The notes: generated from the sequence alone by a model not told the origin. A DNA stretch of 64,000 nucleotides from Candidatus Bathyarchaeota archaeon (GCA_963780545.1 CAWACK010000008.1:62152-126151); one strand, 5' to 3'. Shown: positions 28,121 through 38,147, counted from the first letter of the stretch. Made by a program: numbers and translations.

Positions 28121-29035
28121 TCAGTGAACTAGGTACATAGCGTTTGACCACGCGACTCTCCCCCACTCATCAGCGACCTCGACCCTGACATAGGTCTCCC
28201 CTCGACGACCAGGATACGTGTACTCGACCAGGTTAGCATCATTGGCGGTGAATCTTGAACCTAAACTCGGAGTCGATAAAAACGTAATATGCCTCACAGG
28301 GCTGGTCTCAACATGGATCCCCTCAGGTTTGAAATCAATGCTTCTGAGAGTTGGACCTGTACTTGAGTAAAATAGGCCCTTCTTAATGGCCTCAACTATA
28401 GATTCGAGTGCCTTATCTCTGGCCTTAACTATGATCCAGGCCCCACAGGCATCGCTTGGCTTCATGGGCTCTGGTTCACCGTGGTGGTCATCAGTCGCGA
28501 ATATCAGGGGGCGTCTCCCCGCTGCGAGCAGCGCATCTATATGCGAGCCAGAGTATCCAGTGCCCCTATATACGTCGCAGCTGGTGTTATAGATTTCAAC
28601 TCCAAGGTAGCCCTTGAGTCTAAGAAGGTCCTGGGTGTGTAACCCCGACCAGTAGGGATGAGCCAATATAGCGAAGCCACCCTGCTCGGCTATCAGATCT
28701 ATCGCTCGTTGGGGATCTTGGGCAGGGTCGAAGTCGCGTAATGGGAGGGTTTCTTGAATGTTAGCGGCTACGATGTGATAAGTTGTTCCCGCTTGGCTAA
28801 CCCCGATGCATATCTCTTGTCCTGGGATCAGGACCATCCCACGGTTGTTCAATCGGGTGGTGTCGACTAAGGTTCCGTGGTCGGTTATGCTGAGGAAGTC
28901 GTATCCCTTTTGGCTGTAGTGATCTATCGCCTCTTGAGGAGTTTTGACACCGTCGGACATTGTCGTGTGAGTGTGTAGGTTCCCTTTCAACCAGATGCCT
29001 GGCGTTGTAAACGGGTTCGAGTATTCGAGCTTCAT
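28121..29035 (-). CDS. PHP-domain metallophosphoesterase (CehA/McbA-like)
   Basis: 304 aa with NLHTHTTMSDG, ITDHG and DDHH motifs. Confidence 0.75.
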   Translation of the reverse strand: MKLEYSNPFTTPGIWLKGNLHTHTTMSDGVKTPQEAIDHYSQKGYDFLSITDHGTLVDTTRLNNRGMVLIPGQEICIGVSQAGTTYHIVAANIQETLPLRDFDPAQDPQRAIDLIAEQGGFAILAHPYWSGLHTQDLLRLKGYLGVEIYNTSCDVYRGTGYSGSHIDALLAAGRRPLIFATDDHHGEPEPMKPSDACGAWIIVKARDKALESIVEAIKKGLFYSSTGPTLRSIDFKPEGIHVETSPVRHITFLSTPSLGSRFTANDANLVEYTYPGRRGETYVRVEVADEWGRVAWSNAMYLVH

Positions 29036-29116
29036 GGTCTCCTATGAGCGGAAGAGTGTATAGAGTTTCTGAGCCATTCGTGTTGCGAATAATGAAAGTT
29101 GGGCATCGCACACGAA

Positions 29117-29128
29117 TCGCGCGCGCGA
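29117..29128. repeat. Perfect 12-nt palindrome tcgcgcgcgcga containing (CG)5
   Basis: Read directly; lies in the spacer between the PHP gene start and the GT39-like gene stop. Confidence 0.85.
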
Positions 29129-29136
29129 CAGTAATT

Positions 29137-30819
29137 TTAGAAGACCCAGCTTTCAAATAATCTCAGGTGTTGGGTGTACCAAATCGGAACAGGGAGCCCC
29201 GATATTACTGGGAAAAATATAATAAAAACCGCTGTAGCTGCGGCTAAGAAAATGATAACGTACTTCCTTTCTCTGGGTTTACTCCATGATTCACCCAACA
29301 CAGCAGCTAAAGCGACGACGATGACCGGAACATCTGGGTAAAAGTGGTAGATGAATAGAATCCTCGAGATAAACACATAGGGGATCCACTGAAATAGGAA
29401 TAGTACGCCGATGAAAAGGTAGGATGGCTCTCTTTTCCCGATTCCCTTCCAGAGAGCGAAGAAGATTATTGGAAACCCAACCCACCAGATAACCGGGTTG
29501 CCCATTTCAGTGATGGTTGAGACCACATCATTGGGTAGGGCTTGGAAGTATAGCCAAAGCGGCTTAAAGATTAGTGGCCATGACCACCACGCCGAGGAAA
29601 ATGGATGTGTGGCCTGCAGCTGTGAATGGTAGTTGTACATGCGTAGCTGGAGATCATATATGTCCCCCAAGCCGTGTCCCATCAACGCCCAAGGGATGTA
29701 TGTTGACAAATATACGAAGCCACCTGCGATGAGCAGAATCAGCGTAGCTAACAGAGGTTTAAGAAACGATTCGAGTTTTGAGGCGATGCCTTTAACAGAT
29801 ATGGGAGAGCCCTTGAAGAAAGCTAATGTGATTAGGATAAGTTGGCCTATTAAGCCAAATAGCGCGGTCCATTTCACTGAGAATGCGAGGTAGAAGAAAA
29901 ATATTCCCAGAGCCAGATATTTGAAGTTAAATTTGTGGCTGGATATGATGCTTGCGTAATTCATGTAGAAGAATAGTGTGGATATTATCGAGAAGAAGAC
30001 CAGGTAGGTGTCTATCGACGCGATCCTACCCATCGTGAAATGCATGAAATCCAACGCGATCAGAGACGCGGAGAGAATGGCTGCTACCTTGGAGTCAAAC
30101 ATCGAGTTTGCGAGAAGGTAAAGAAGGGGGATCATTAGAGTGGCGAATATGACTTCAAGTATCCTCCACCCGAAGGGGCTGAAAGAGAACGCCTCGATTC
30201 CGGCCGTGATGATCAGTTTCCCGAGGGGGGGCTGAGTCCATTCGGTGGGTTCCTTTTTCTGTATGAATTCTTGTGCGGTTTTAACGTAGTATATTTCGTC
30301 GAAATATGTCTCGGATTTGAACGTTGGTGGGTTTTCAAAGTACTGTTGCTCATCGATGAGCTTATAGAGCTCATGGTCATTGGAATCTGATCCTCTTATG
30401 TTGGCGATGTTCAGTTTTTTGTTTGAGATATCGGTTGCCACAACCTCGTAGACTTCTCCGGTGGATTTTTTAAATTGTAGCTTAAGGCTCTGAGTCGTAG
30501 CTTTAACGTCTAAGTTGACCCATAGATAATATCCATTTCCACTTAAATTGTCTACAACTGTCCATACGCCGTTTTTCAGTGCGGATAAGGTTGCGGTTAC
30601 GTTGGTTTCGCTGCTGAACAGAATGTAGAGGGAGCTGACGTTTTCACTTTTTGGGAAGTTAATTGATATGGACTCCCCGTTAACTATTTGCCAATAGGTT
30701 ACCGGGGTTTTAGTCAGACCCAGATTCCATGATGCTAGGGAGAAGAATGCTATTGAAATTATGGTAATTGCTATTATTTCCCTCTTGGTTATATTCACCG
30801 CGTCTACCTTTGGTATCAT
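29137..30819 (-). CDS. GT39/PMT-like phospholipid-carrier-dependent glycosyltransferase with N-terminal extracytoplasmic insertion
   Basis: 560 aa. The DE motif (YFDEIYYVKTAQEF), PPLGKLII and many TM helices are present, with C-terminal HPFSSAWWSWPL. About 135 aa of beta-rich sequence sits between TM1 and the DE motif. Confidence 0.75.
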   Translation of the reverse strand: MIPKVDAVNITKREIIAITIISIAFFSLASWNLGLTKTPVTYWQIVNGESISINFPKSENVSSLYILFSSETNVTATLSALKNGVWTVVDNLSGNGYYLWVNLDVKATTQSLKLQFKKSTGEVYEVVATDISNKKLNIANIRGSDSNDHELYKLIDEQQYFENPPTFKSETYFDEIYYVKTAQEFIQKKEPTEWTQPPLGKLIITAGIEAFSFSPFGWRILEVIFATLMIPLLYLLANSMFDSKVAAILSASLIALDFMHFTMGRIASIDTYLVFFSIISTLFFYMNYASIISSHKFNFKYLALGIFFFYLAFSVKWTALFGLIGQLILITLAFFKGSPISVKGIASKLESFLKPLLATLILLIAGGFVYLSTYIPWALMGHGLGDIYDLQLRMYNYHSQLQATHPFSSAWWSWPLIFKPLWLYFQALPNDVVSTITEMGNPVIWWVGFPIIFFALWKGIGKREPSYLFIGVLFLFQWIPYVFISRILFIYHFYPDVPVIVVALAAVLGESWSKPRERKYVIIFLAAATAVFIIFFPVISGLPVPIWYTQHLRLFESWVF

Positions 30820-30979
30820 ACCTTTGTATAATTGGTAATAATTCTTTTCATACGATAATTTAATTACGCACTTTAATGGGATACAGATTCAAGCGCCGTT
30901 ACATAAACAACGATATTCATTATTCACAAGTCGATCATTCTCTCAGCCACTAACATAGCAATCGATGACCTGCGCGTTT

Positions 30980-32125
30980 TCATTTTATGTCTTTTATGAA
31001 TCGCCCGCGCCAACCCAATATAAAAGAGTAAATGAACATTAATGAGTTAATCAAACTCAAAGTAAGCGCAAAAGGATCCCCATTCGGAATGAACTGATTA
31101 ATATTTAAGACATGCATCACATAGGATTGATTCATAAGATAGGTAAAGCTCAAAACATAGAGAAAAGGTCTCATCTTCTTAGAAAAAGGAAACATTATAG
31201 TCAATATACCAAATACTGGGAAAAGGTACCGCTCATGTATACGAGTTGGAAGCATGAAGAAACTGAATAATAATAAAAAACTCGAAAAAAGGATAAAAAA
31301 TTCGCTTGAGGCCCTGAAATTTTTATTTAGTACATATAGTGAAAATATCGTTGAACATGCAAAAAATATCCAGCCGATGATAAAAAAATTGAGAAAACCA
31401 AAAGATTGTAAATCAGGTCTCCAGAAGCCAATAAAGTCCCAAAAGTTAAATGCGTTGATAGTTGTGTATTGATAGCCACTGTAACCCGCTGAATAAATGT
31501 TGAATAAGAAAGTAATTGGATTTTCCCATCCAAATGGTATTATAACAATGAGAATAGTAGTTATCACAGCAAGAATTGATGTGATAAATTTTTTATATCC
31601 ATATTTTTTTAAGATGAGATAGAAAATTAATGGTGCTAAAGCAATGCTTTGAGGCTTTGTCAGTAAAGCAATAGTATAAATAACTGCGGATTGAGTTGGT
31701 TTTGAATCTATTAACAACATGAGTGATAGTATAAGGAAGAAGGTGTAAATTGCATCATATTGACCCCAGATGGAGGTATTGAAGATTGTTGCAGGATTAA
31801 ATAAGTATAGGGATGTGGTAAACAATGATTTTTTAAAATCTGTCCGCTTCCTCAAAAAAAGGTATATCAGAGTTGAAGTTGCTAAATCAAAAATATTGGC
31901 TGGGAGCTTTAATAGATATATTAGGGAACTTGTTCCGAAAAGTGATAGATACTTGGCCAAGGAGCCAAAAACCCAGAAGATATATGCGTTAAATGGTGGG
32001 TAATCGGACCATGTTTCGTATAAGGAGCGGATACCATTCTCTGATACGGTTTGAAACCATGAAGCAAATGTTGATAGATCTATTGTGTTTCCTTGAATGG
32101 GTGACAGAAGTATTCTAATTGTCAA
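30980..32125 (-). CDS. Polytopic membrane glycosyltransferase (GT-C fold, DUF2029/ArnT-like)
   Basis: 381 aa from TTG 32125 with about 10 TM helices and a YPPFNAYIFW loop motif. The start is problematic (see findings). Confidence 0.5.
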   Translation of the reverse strand: MTIRILLSPIQGNTIDLSTFASWFQTVSENGIRSLYETWSDYPPFNAYIFWVFGSLAKYLSLFGTSSLIYLLKLPANIFDLATSTLIYLFLRKRTDFKKSLFTTSLYLFNPATIFNTSIWGQYDAIYTFFLILSLMLLIDSKPTQSAVIYTIALLTKPQSIALAPLIFYLILKKYGYKKFITSILAVITTILIVIIPFGWENPITFLFNIYSAGYSGYQYTTINAFNFWDFIGFWRPDLQSFGFLNFFIIGWIFFACSTIFSLYVLNKNFRASSEFFILFSSFLLLFSFFMLPTRIHERYLFPVFGILTIMFPFSKKMRPFLYVLSFTYLMNQSYVMHVLNINQFIPNGDPFALTLSLINSLMFIYSFILGWRGRFIKDIK

Positions 32126-32362
32126 AGAAAATAGGAATACTCCAACTACTAGGATAGCTTCACTTCTTGATGAAGTGGATATCGACGCTCCCCCAGAGTC
32201 TATAATTGTTGTGTATTATGAAAGGGTTTATCGTACCCGCGCTTGCTGTAGTGGTTGAATATACGTAAAGCAAAAAAAAGAGCAACCTGGAATAAAGCTC
32301 GCAAGTATCAAAACTGTGAACAACCCTTATTATATCTGGAGTAAGAGGTTTTAGTCTTGGAA

Positions 32363-33202
32363 ATGATGAACAAACGTGTGTTTATCTCCATAGATATGGA
32401 GGGCATTACCGGCATAGTCGACTGGACCCACGTGGACAGCAACCACCTCGAGTATAGCTACTATAGGAAGATGATGGCGGGTGACCTAAATGCAGCAATC
32501 GAGGGCGCCCTCGAGGCGGGGGCGAAAGAGATCGTCGTCAGCGACGCCCACGGTGGGATGAGGAACCTTCAACCCGAAGACATCCACGAGGCGGCGTACC
32601 TCATCAGAGGAAGCCCGAAACCCAACAGTATGATGGAGGGGATTGACGACGGCCACTATGATGCTGCCCTCTACGTCGGCTACCACTCGATGAACGGAAC
32701 GGAGAGAGGGATCCTCTGCCACACCATCTCCAGCTCCACAGTTGATGCTGTGATCATAAACGGGAGGGAAACCGGCGAGTTCGGGATGAACGCCGCCCTC
32801 GCGGGCTGGTATGGGGTACCCAGCGTCTTCCTAGCAGGCGACGCAGCCGCGACGGCTGAAGCTGAGAGCTTCGTCCCAGCCATCACAACGGCACCAATCA
32901 AGTGGGCCGTCGGCAGATACTCAGCGAAATGCCTCCACCCCAACAGGAGCCGAGCCCTCATCAAGGAGAAAGCTAAACAGGCACTCTCAGACATCGGAAA
33001 GGTATCACCCTACTGGGTGAATGAGCCAGTGGAGGTGAAGATGAGGTGGCTAACAGCCACGATGGCAGACGTGGTCTCCGTCCTCCCCTACATGGATCGC
33101 GTTGACGGTAAGACAACTAGCTGTGTCTTCGACGACTACCCGAGCGCCTTACGAGGGCTGCGAGCATCAATAACCATAGCGGGGACCGCCGAGAAGCGGT
33201 GA
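32363..33202 (+). CDS. dppA: D-aminopeptidase DppA (peptidase M55)
   Basis: MMNKRVFISIDMEGITGIVDW... typical M55 N-terminus. ATG 32363 preferred over TTG 32357. Confidence 0.8.
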   Translation: MMNKRVFISIDMEGITGIVDWTHVDSNHLEYSYYRKMMAGDLNAAIEGALEAGAKEIVVSDAHGGMRNLQPEDIHEAAYLIRGSPKPNSMMEGIDDGHYDAALYVGYHSMNGTERGILCHTISSSTVDAVIINGRETGEFGMNAALAGWYGVPSVFLAGDAAATAEAESFVPAITTAPIKWAVGRYSAKCLHPNRSRALIKEKAKQALSDIGKVSPYWVNEPVEVKMRWLTATMADVVSVLPYMDRVDGKTTSCVFDDYPSALRGLRASITIAGTAEKR

Positions 33203-33248
33203 TCCAAAGCTAGGTAGTTTTATCACCTCCCCAGCCGAGTCTCCCCTG

Positions 33249-34532
33249 ATGGGCAGCCGGATCGTCCTAATAAGTGCTGGAAACGCTGCCTCATGCTACA
33301 ATTCGCTCATCGATGCCGTTAACACACCTGCCCTGAAAGGTGCTAATATAGTCATCAATGAAATCGACGTAGAGCTGCTAGGGACCTTAACCGACGTAGC
33401 TGAGAAGATGAATGGGGAGATGGGCGCCGGATTAGAGATTCAGGGAATCATAGATAGAAAAGAGGCGCTTCGTGGTGCCGACTTCATCGTCCTCAACATC
33501 GCTGTGGATAGGATGCGCCGCTGGAGGATGGACTGGGAGATTCCCTTCAAGTACGGGATCAAACAGGTGACCGGCGAAAACGGCGGGCCGGGTGGCCTTT
33601 TCGTACCCTCAGGATGGTGCCGCCAGTCCTCGACATCTGCCGAGACATCGAGTCCCTCAGCCCCGACGCGCTGCTGCTCAACTACTCCGACCCTGTGCCC
33701 CGAATCTGCTTGGCTATAAGCAAATACACAGGTGTCAAGTCGGTTGGGCTCAGCCATGAGGCTGCTCATCAGGTCAAACGATTAGCCCCTATTATCGGTG
33801 TCCCAACTAAGCTCCTCGAATCCACCAGCGCGGGCCTCAACCAACTTAGCTGGTTCAAGGAGCTGAAGCTGATAAACGGAGACGACGCCTATCCCCTCCT
33901 TGAATCGGGCTTAAGGAACACGAAGGGCTTCCAGCCCCTCTGCAGGGCCCTCCATAAGAGGTTTGGACTCTACCCGAGTTCCGAAGACAACCATGTGGGT
34001 GAGTTTCTAGCATACGCCTGGGAGGCATGCCCACCGGAGACCCGTGGCCTCGAATGGATTAACAAGATAGAAAGAGAGCGAGCAGGCTACCCGAGATATG
34101 ATTAACTATTTCAAAGAGGGAAAGAGGAAACTCGACATCGAAGGTAAGCTCTCAGGTGAGGCCGCGATGAGGTTAATCGCCGGCATCGTCTCAAATTCAG
34201 GCAACACCGAGCCTCAAGTCAACTTACCAAATGAGGGACAGATAACGAACCTCCTACCGGATGCGGTGGTTGAAACCCCCGCGTTAATAGATAGAGGTGG
34301 AGTCCACTCTACCTTCATCGGTAGTCTACCTAAAGGCATCGCTGCCATCTGTAACATACAGATTCTACTACAGAGACTAGTAGTTGATGCAGCGATTCAT
34401 GGCGACATCGGGAAAGCGAAGCAAGCCATCCTCGCAGACCCTGTCGTCCAGGATAACGAAGCGGCGAAATATGCATTTAAAGAGCTCTTCGAAACCCATA
34501 AGGACCTCCTCCCACAGTTCAGGAAAGGGTAA
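33249..34532 (+). pseudogene. Glycoside hydrolase family 4-like gene, two frameshifts and degraded motifs
   Basis: Three consecutive ORFs (33249-33719, 33614-34105, 34098-34532) are colinear with GH4. Junctions lie at the T4 run 33598-33601 and at about 34071-34100. ISAGN replaces IGAGS, NYSDP replaces N(F/Y)TNP, and GLSH replaces GLCH. Confidence 0.7.
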
Positions 34533-34636
34533 CCTACCTCGGTAGCCCAGTTGAAAAAGATAAGGTCACAAACAATTGTTGGCAAGGCTTTTACGGGATA
34601 CACCCACTATTCACAAAGGTGCTTTAGTTGTCTGGA

Positions 34637-35497
34637 ATGGACACAATGGTGCAGCTCAGGGACGAGGAAGGCAGGAAACACTCGGGTCTCCCGAAAGTCG
34701 ACTACCACTGCCACATAAGCATGACAGAGTACGCTGATCCCTCTCACCCAACCATCATCTCAGTATCAGTAGAGGAGTTCCTCGCGGACCTCGACGAGGC
34801 GGGAATAGACAAGGCCATCGTTCTCAGCGACATGCGAACGAAGCCCGATCAGGTTGCTGCCTTTGTTAAGCAGGCTCCTGACAGGCTCATGGGGTTCGGT
34901 TACGTCAACCCCCTAATCCACGGCGCTGACAAGGAGTTACGACGCCAACGTGATGAACTTCACCTCTTTGGTCTCAAACTTTATCCATGCACAGATAGCT
35001 ACAGCCCGGATGACCCGAACGCATTCGAGGTCTACGAGGTTGCTCAGGAGCTTGACATACCCGTCCTCCTCCACCACGCGGGTATGCCTGAGGCACATGA
35101 CCTCCTATATCACACCGACCCCGCTCAGATAGACGTCGTCGCTAAGAACTTTCCGAAGATGAGGATCATCCTCGCCCACCTCGGTTACCCACGCGTGGAT
35201 GAGACACTCTACGTCCTCCGGAAGCATAAGAACGTCTACGCGGACATCAGTTGGCCGTATGGGAACATCAACCACCCCAGCTACCTCTACCTACTTTGGA
35301 GGGATCTCCTCACAGCACTAAATCTAGGCGTCCTCAACAAACTGGTCTTCGGAACCGACTACCCAGGCATCAGACAGAAGCCATACCTCGACATGCTGAT
35401 GGCTGTGAACAGGTACGCGCCTCATAGGGATCTCCACATCCCAGCCGAGAAGCTGTTGGCCATGTTGGATGAAAACGTACAACCCTTGATGCCCTAG
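34637..35497 (+). CDS. Amidohydrolase-2 family metal-dependent TIM-barrel hydrolase
   Basis: VDYHCHI metal motif, later HH and AHLG motifs. ATG 34637 or TTG 34628. Confidence 0.7.
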   Translation: MDTMVQLRDEEGRKHSGLPKVDYHCHISMTEYADPSHPTIISVSVEEFLADLDEAGIDKAIVLSDMRTKPDQVAAFVKQAPDRLMGFGYVNPLIHGADKELRRQRDELHLFGLKLYPCTDSYSPDDPNAFEVYEVAQELDIPVLLHHAGMPEAHDLLYHTDPAQIDVVAKNFPKMRIILAHLGYPRVDETLYVLRKHKNVYADISWPYGNINHPSYLYLLWRDLLTALNLGVLNKLVFGTDYPGIRQKPYLDMLMAVNRYAPHRDLHIPAEKLLAMLDENVQPLMP

Positions 35498-37014
35498 GAG
35501 AGCTTCATCCTTCCCTCCACCGCATCCTCGACGACGTAGGGTATGAACTGCACAACATCCTCGGGGAGGATATGGTAACCCTTCTCAGAGTAGACCGCGT
35601 CGCCTGAGGCCCCATTTATGAAGGCGCCTGCGCAGGCCGCCTGCATCGGCTCAGCGCCCTGGGCGATGTAACCTGCAGTTATTCCGGTGAGGACGTCGCC
35701 GGTACCTCCAACGGTCATCCCAGGGTTCCCCGTCCAATTATATCTCGTATGGAAACCGTCGCTGATGACGTCTACGGCGCCCTTTAGGAGGATTACTGCG
35801 CCGAGGCGCTTCGCCTCCTCCTCGACTATCACACCCTTCGCCCTCCAATCCCCCTCCGCCTTCCTATCAGTGAGGATCTCAAACTCCCTACTGTGGGGCG
35901 TGAAGACTGCAGGCACCTTCAGTTTCCGACGTTTCTCACCGAATGCTTTGAGGGCATCAGCATCAATGACCATCGGCAGCTTCCTCGACTCCGTCTCCTT
36001 GATTAGTTGAATCGCCGCCTTCTTCGTATCCTCATGTAGTCCTATGCCTGGACCAAGGGCAACAGCGTCCACCTTATCAAGGAAAGGCTCCAGTTGACGG
36101 AGGTTTTTAGGGGCGAGCCTTTCGCCCTCAAGCTTGACAACAATCATGCTCGGGGAAATTACTGAGACGCCATCCGCGGCTGATTCTGGGACGGCAGTGT
36201 AGACGAGGTCCATACCTATAGCGTGGGCACCCATGCTGGCGAGAGCCGGAGCACCGTGGTAGGTCTCACTGCCACCGACTACGAGGAGTCTACCGAACAT
36301 CCCCTTATGACTCTCTGCCTCACGCCTCCTGTGAACGAGGAAAACATCGCCAGGTCCAGTGAACAGCTCAGCCTCAACTGGTAGCCCCAGCTTGGCTACT
36401 ATCAACTTCCCCAGCTGCTTCGGCTTTTTCCTGAATCCGATCTTTGGCTTATGAAATGTGACTGTGACATCCGCTTCAACACATTCCTCAGGCGTCTCGC
36501 CTGTATCTACTACCAGACCCGTCGGCGTGTCGACAGCGACCGTGTAGGCGGCTGAAGCGTTTATCGCGTTGATCATCATTTTAGTAACCGGTTTCAAGCC
36601 TCCACGATAAGTGTAGCCAATAAGGGCGTCCACAACTACATCAGCCTCAACCGGGACGACTTGGGAGGTATCCTCAATAACCTCGACTTCTAGGCTCCCC
36701 GTCATCAGCTGAGCGACTTCGAAGTTGTGATGTGTTTCCTCAGACCTAATAGAGTTTGGGTTCCCGACGAGGATAGCCTTGACGCGGTATCCACGACCCG
36801 CGAGGTGGCGGGCGGCGACGAATCCGTCTCCTCCGTTCCCGCCGAGGCCACATGCAACCAGTACCCTGGAACCAGGCTTCACCTTAGCGGCCACAGCGTC
36901 AGCTACTGCGCTACCTGCACTCTCCATTAGGAGGAGGTTGGAGACGCCGAGATAGTTCGCGTTAAACTCGGTCGCCTGGATCTCCTTGGCCTTCAGAAAC
37001 TCGTCGAGGATCAT
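35494..37014 (-). CDS. nnr: Bifunctional NAD(P)H-hydrate repair enzyme (epimerase/dehydratase)
   Basis: 506 aa with an N-terminal YjeF_N domain (GGNGGDGFVAARHL) and a C-terminal kinase-like domain (GGTGDVLTG). Confidence 0.9.
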   Translation of the reverse strand: MILDEFLKAKEIQATEFNANYLGVSNLLLMESAGSAVADAVAAKVKPGSRVLVACGLGGNGGDGFVAARHLAGRGYRVKAILVGNPNSIRSEETHHNFEVAQLMTGSLEVEVIEDTSQVVPVEADVVVDALIGYTYRGGLKPVTKMMINAINASAAYTVAVDTPTGLVVDTGETPEECVEADVTVTFHKPKIGFRKKPKQLGKLIVAKLGLPVEAELFTGPGDVFLVHRRREAESHKGMFGRLLVVGGSETYHGAPALASMGAHAIGMDLVYTAVPESAADGVSVISPSMIVVKLEGERLAPKNLRQLEPFLDKVDAVALGPGIGLHEDTKKAAIQLIKETESRKLPMVIDADALKAFGEKRRKLKVPAVFTPHSREFEILTDRKAEGDWRAKGVIVEEEAKRLGAVILLKGAVDVISDGFHTRYNWTGNPGMTVGGTGDVLTGITAGYIAQGAEPMQAACAGAFINGASGDAVYSEKGYHILPEDVVQFIPYVVEDAVEGRMKLS

Positions 37015-37054
37015 GCAACTTCAGATTCTCAGGTGCTCCGGGAGGCTTTAAGAC

Positions 37055-37810
37055 TCACGGGTGGACGGCGATGTCTGTAACTGAGTCGATGTGATATAAC
37101 TTACGTGATGACGTGATGTTTAACTTACCCACGATCAACGCCGCCCTAAAGTCTGCAGCCTCTGCGGCCTCCGCATCCACCAACTGATCACCCACGTAGA
37201 CGGTTTTTGAGGGTGCGGTCTCCATCTTTTCGCAAGCTGCTAGAAGGAGGTCTGGGGCAGGTTTGGGATTCACAGCGTCCTCGGAACCCACAACAACCGA
37301 AAACAGCTCACGAATGTTTAGAATGGTTAACAGCTCTTCCGTTATCCTGCTGGAGCCATTTGTGGCTATTCCCAGCTTTAAACCCGCTAACTTGAGACGT
37401 CTTAGACATACCTCGACGCCCCTGAAGAGGTGAGGTGTAAATTTTTTCATCTGGATGGCATCCGCATCGGAGTATGCGGCTTCCGCAAGAGCCCTCGCCT
37501 CATGCCAGCCCCGCCCCGTAGTATAGATGGCGGCTGCGGCGATTGCCATATCCTCCCTCCGAGCGGCCTCAGCTACAGGCCCGACCATGTCGATGGAATG
37601 GCGGATGGGATCGTATCCCCCGAGGGGTGCCCATACATCTGCAGCCTTTTTACCCGCCCTCGCCTCGATTGCTGAGAACCTCAGTGCTGCTAGATTCCGG
37701 TACCTTTCTTCGTTATCCACAAGCGTACCGTCCACATCGAAGAGTGCGAACTCGCAATAAAGCTCATCACCGTTGACTAGAATAATCGGCATACAGTTTA
37801 CACCCGTCAA
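37055..37810 (-). CDS. HAD-superfamily hydrolase
   Basis: Motif I FDVDGTLVD and motif IV-like VGDQLVD. The start may be ATG 37792. Confidence 0.8.
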   Translation of the reverse strand: MTGVNCMPIILVNGDELYCEFALFDVDGTLVDNEERYRNLAALRFSAIEARAGKKAADVWAPLGGYDPIRHSIDMVGPVAEAARREDMAIAAAAIYTTGRGWHEARALAEAAYSDADAIQMKKFTPHLFRGVEVCLRRLKLAGLKLGIATNGSSRITEELLTILNIRELFSVVVGSEDAVNPKPAPDLLLAACEKMETAPSKTVYVGDQLVDAEAAEAADFRAALIVGKLNITSSRKLYHIDSVTDIAVHP

Positions 37811-37882
37811 CAGCCTGGTGGATAATGCTCACAACTGGTAACTTTTAAGTACCTTCGCTCCAAGAGATGTACGGTGGATTAC

Positions 37883-38110
37883 ATGGCAACGGCTTTCGTG
37901 TTGATAAATGCGGAGATAGGAGCAGAGACCGAGGTGCTGAAGGGCCTCAAGGATATCAAGGAGGTCAAGGAGGCCCACATGGTATACGGCGTCTACGACA
38001 TCATCGCCAGAATCGAAACAGACACCATGCAGGAACTCAAGGACATAATAAGCTGGAAGATCAGGCGCCTCGATAAGGTCCGCAGCACATTGACCATGAT
38101 TGTGGTCTAA
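37883..38110 (+). CDS. Stand-alone Lrp/AsnC-type ligand-binding (RAM) domain protein
   Basis: MATAFVLINAEIGAETEV...IRRLDKVRSTLTMIVV, paralogue of 302-532. Confidence 0.7.
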   Translation: MATAFVLINAEIGAETEVLKGLKDIKEVKEAHMVYGVYDIIARIETDTMQELKDIISWKIRRLDKVRSTLTMIVV

Positions 38111-38147
38111 ACCCTTCCCACTTTCAACAGCTTCTTTCGGTTAATTA

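Larger units (their letters stand above)
29137..32340. other. AT-rich islet 2 carrying two GT-C glycosyltransferase genes
   Basis: Visibly AT-rich relative to both flanks. Exact GC not computed. Confidence 0.6.
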
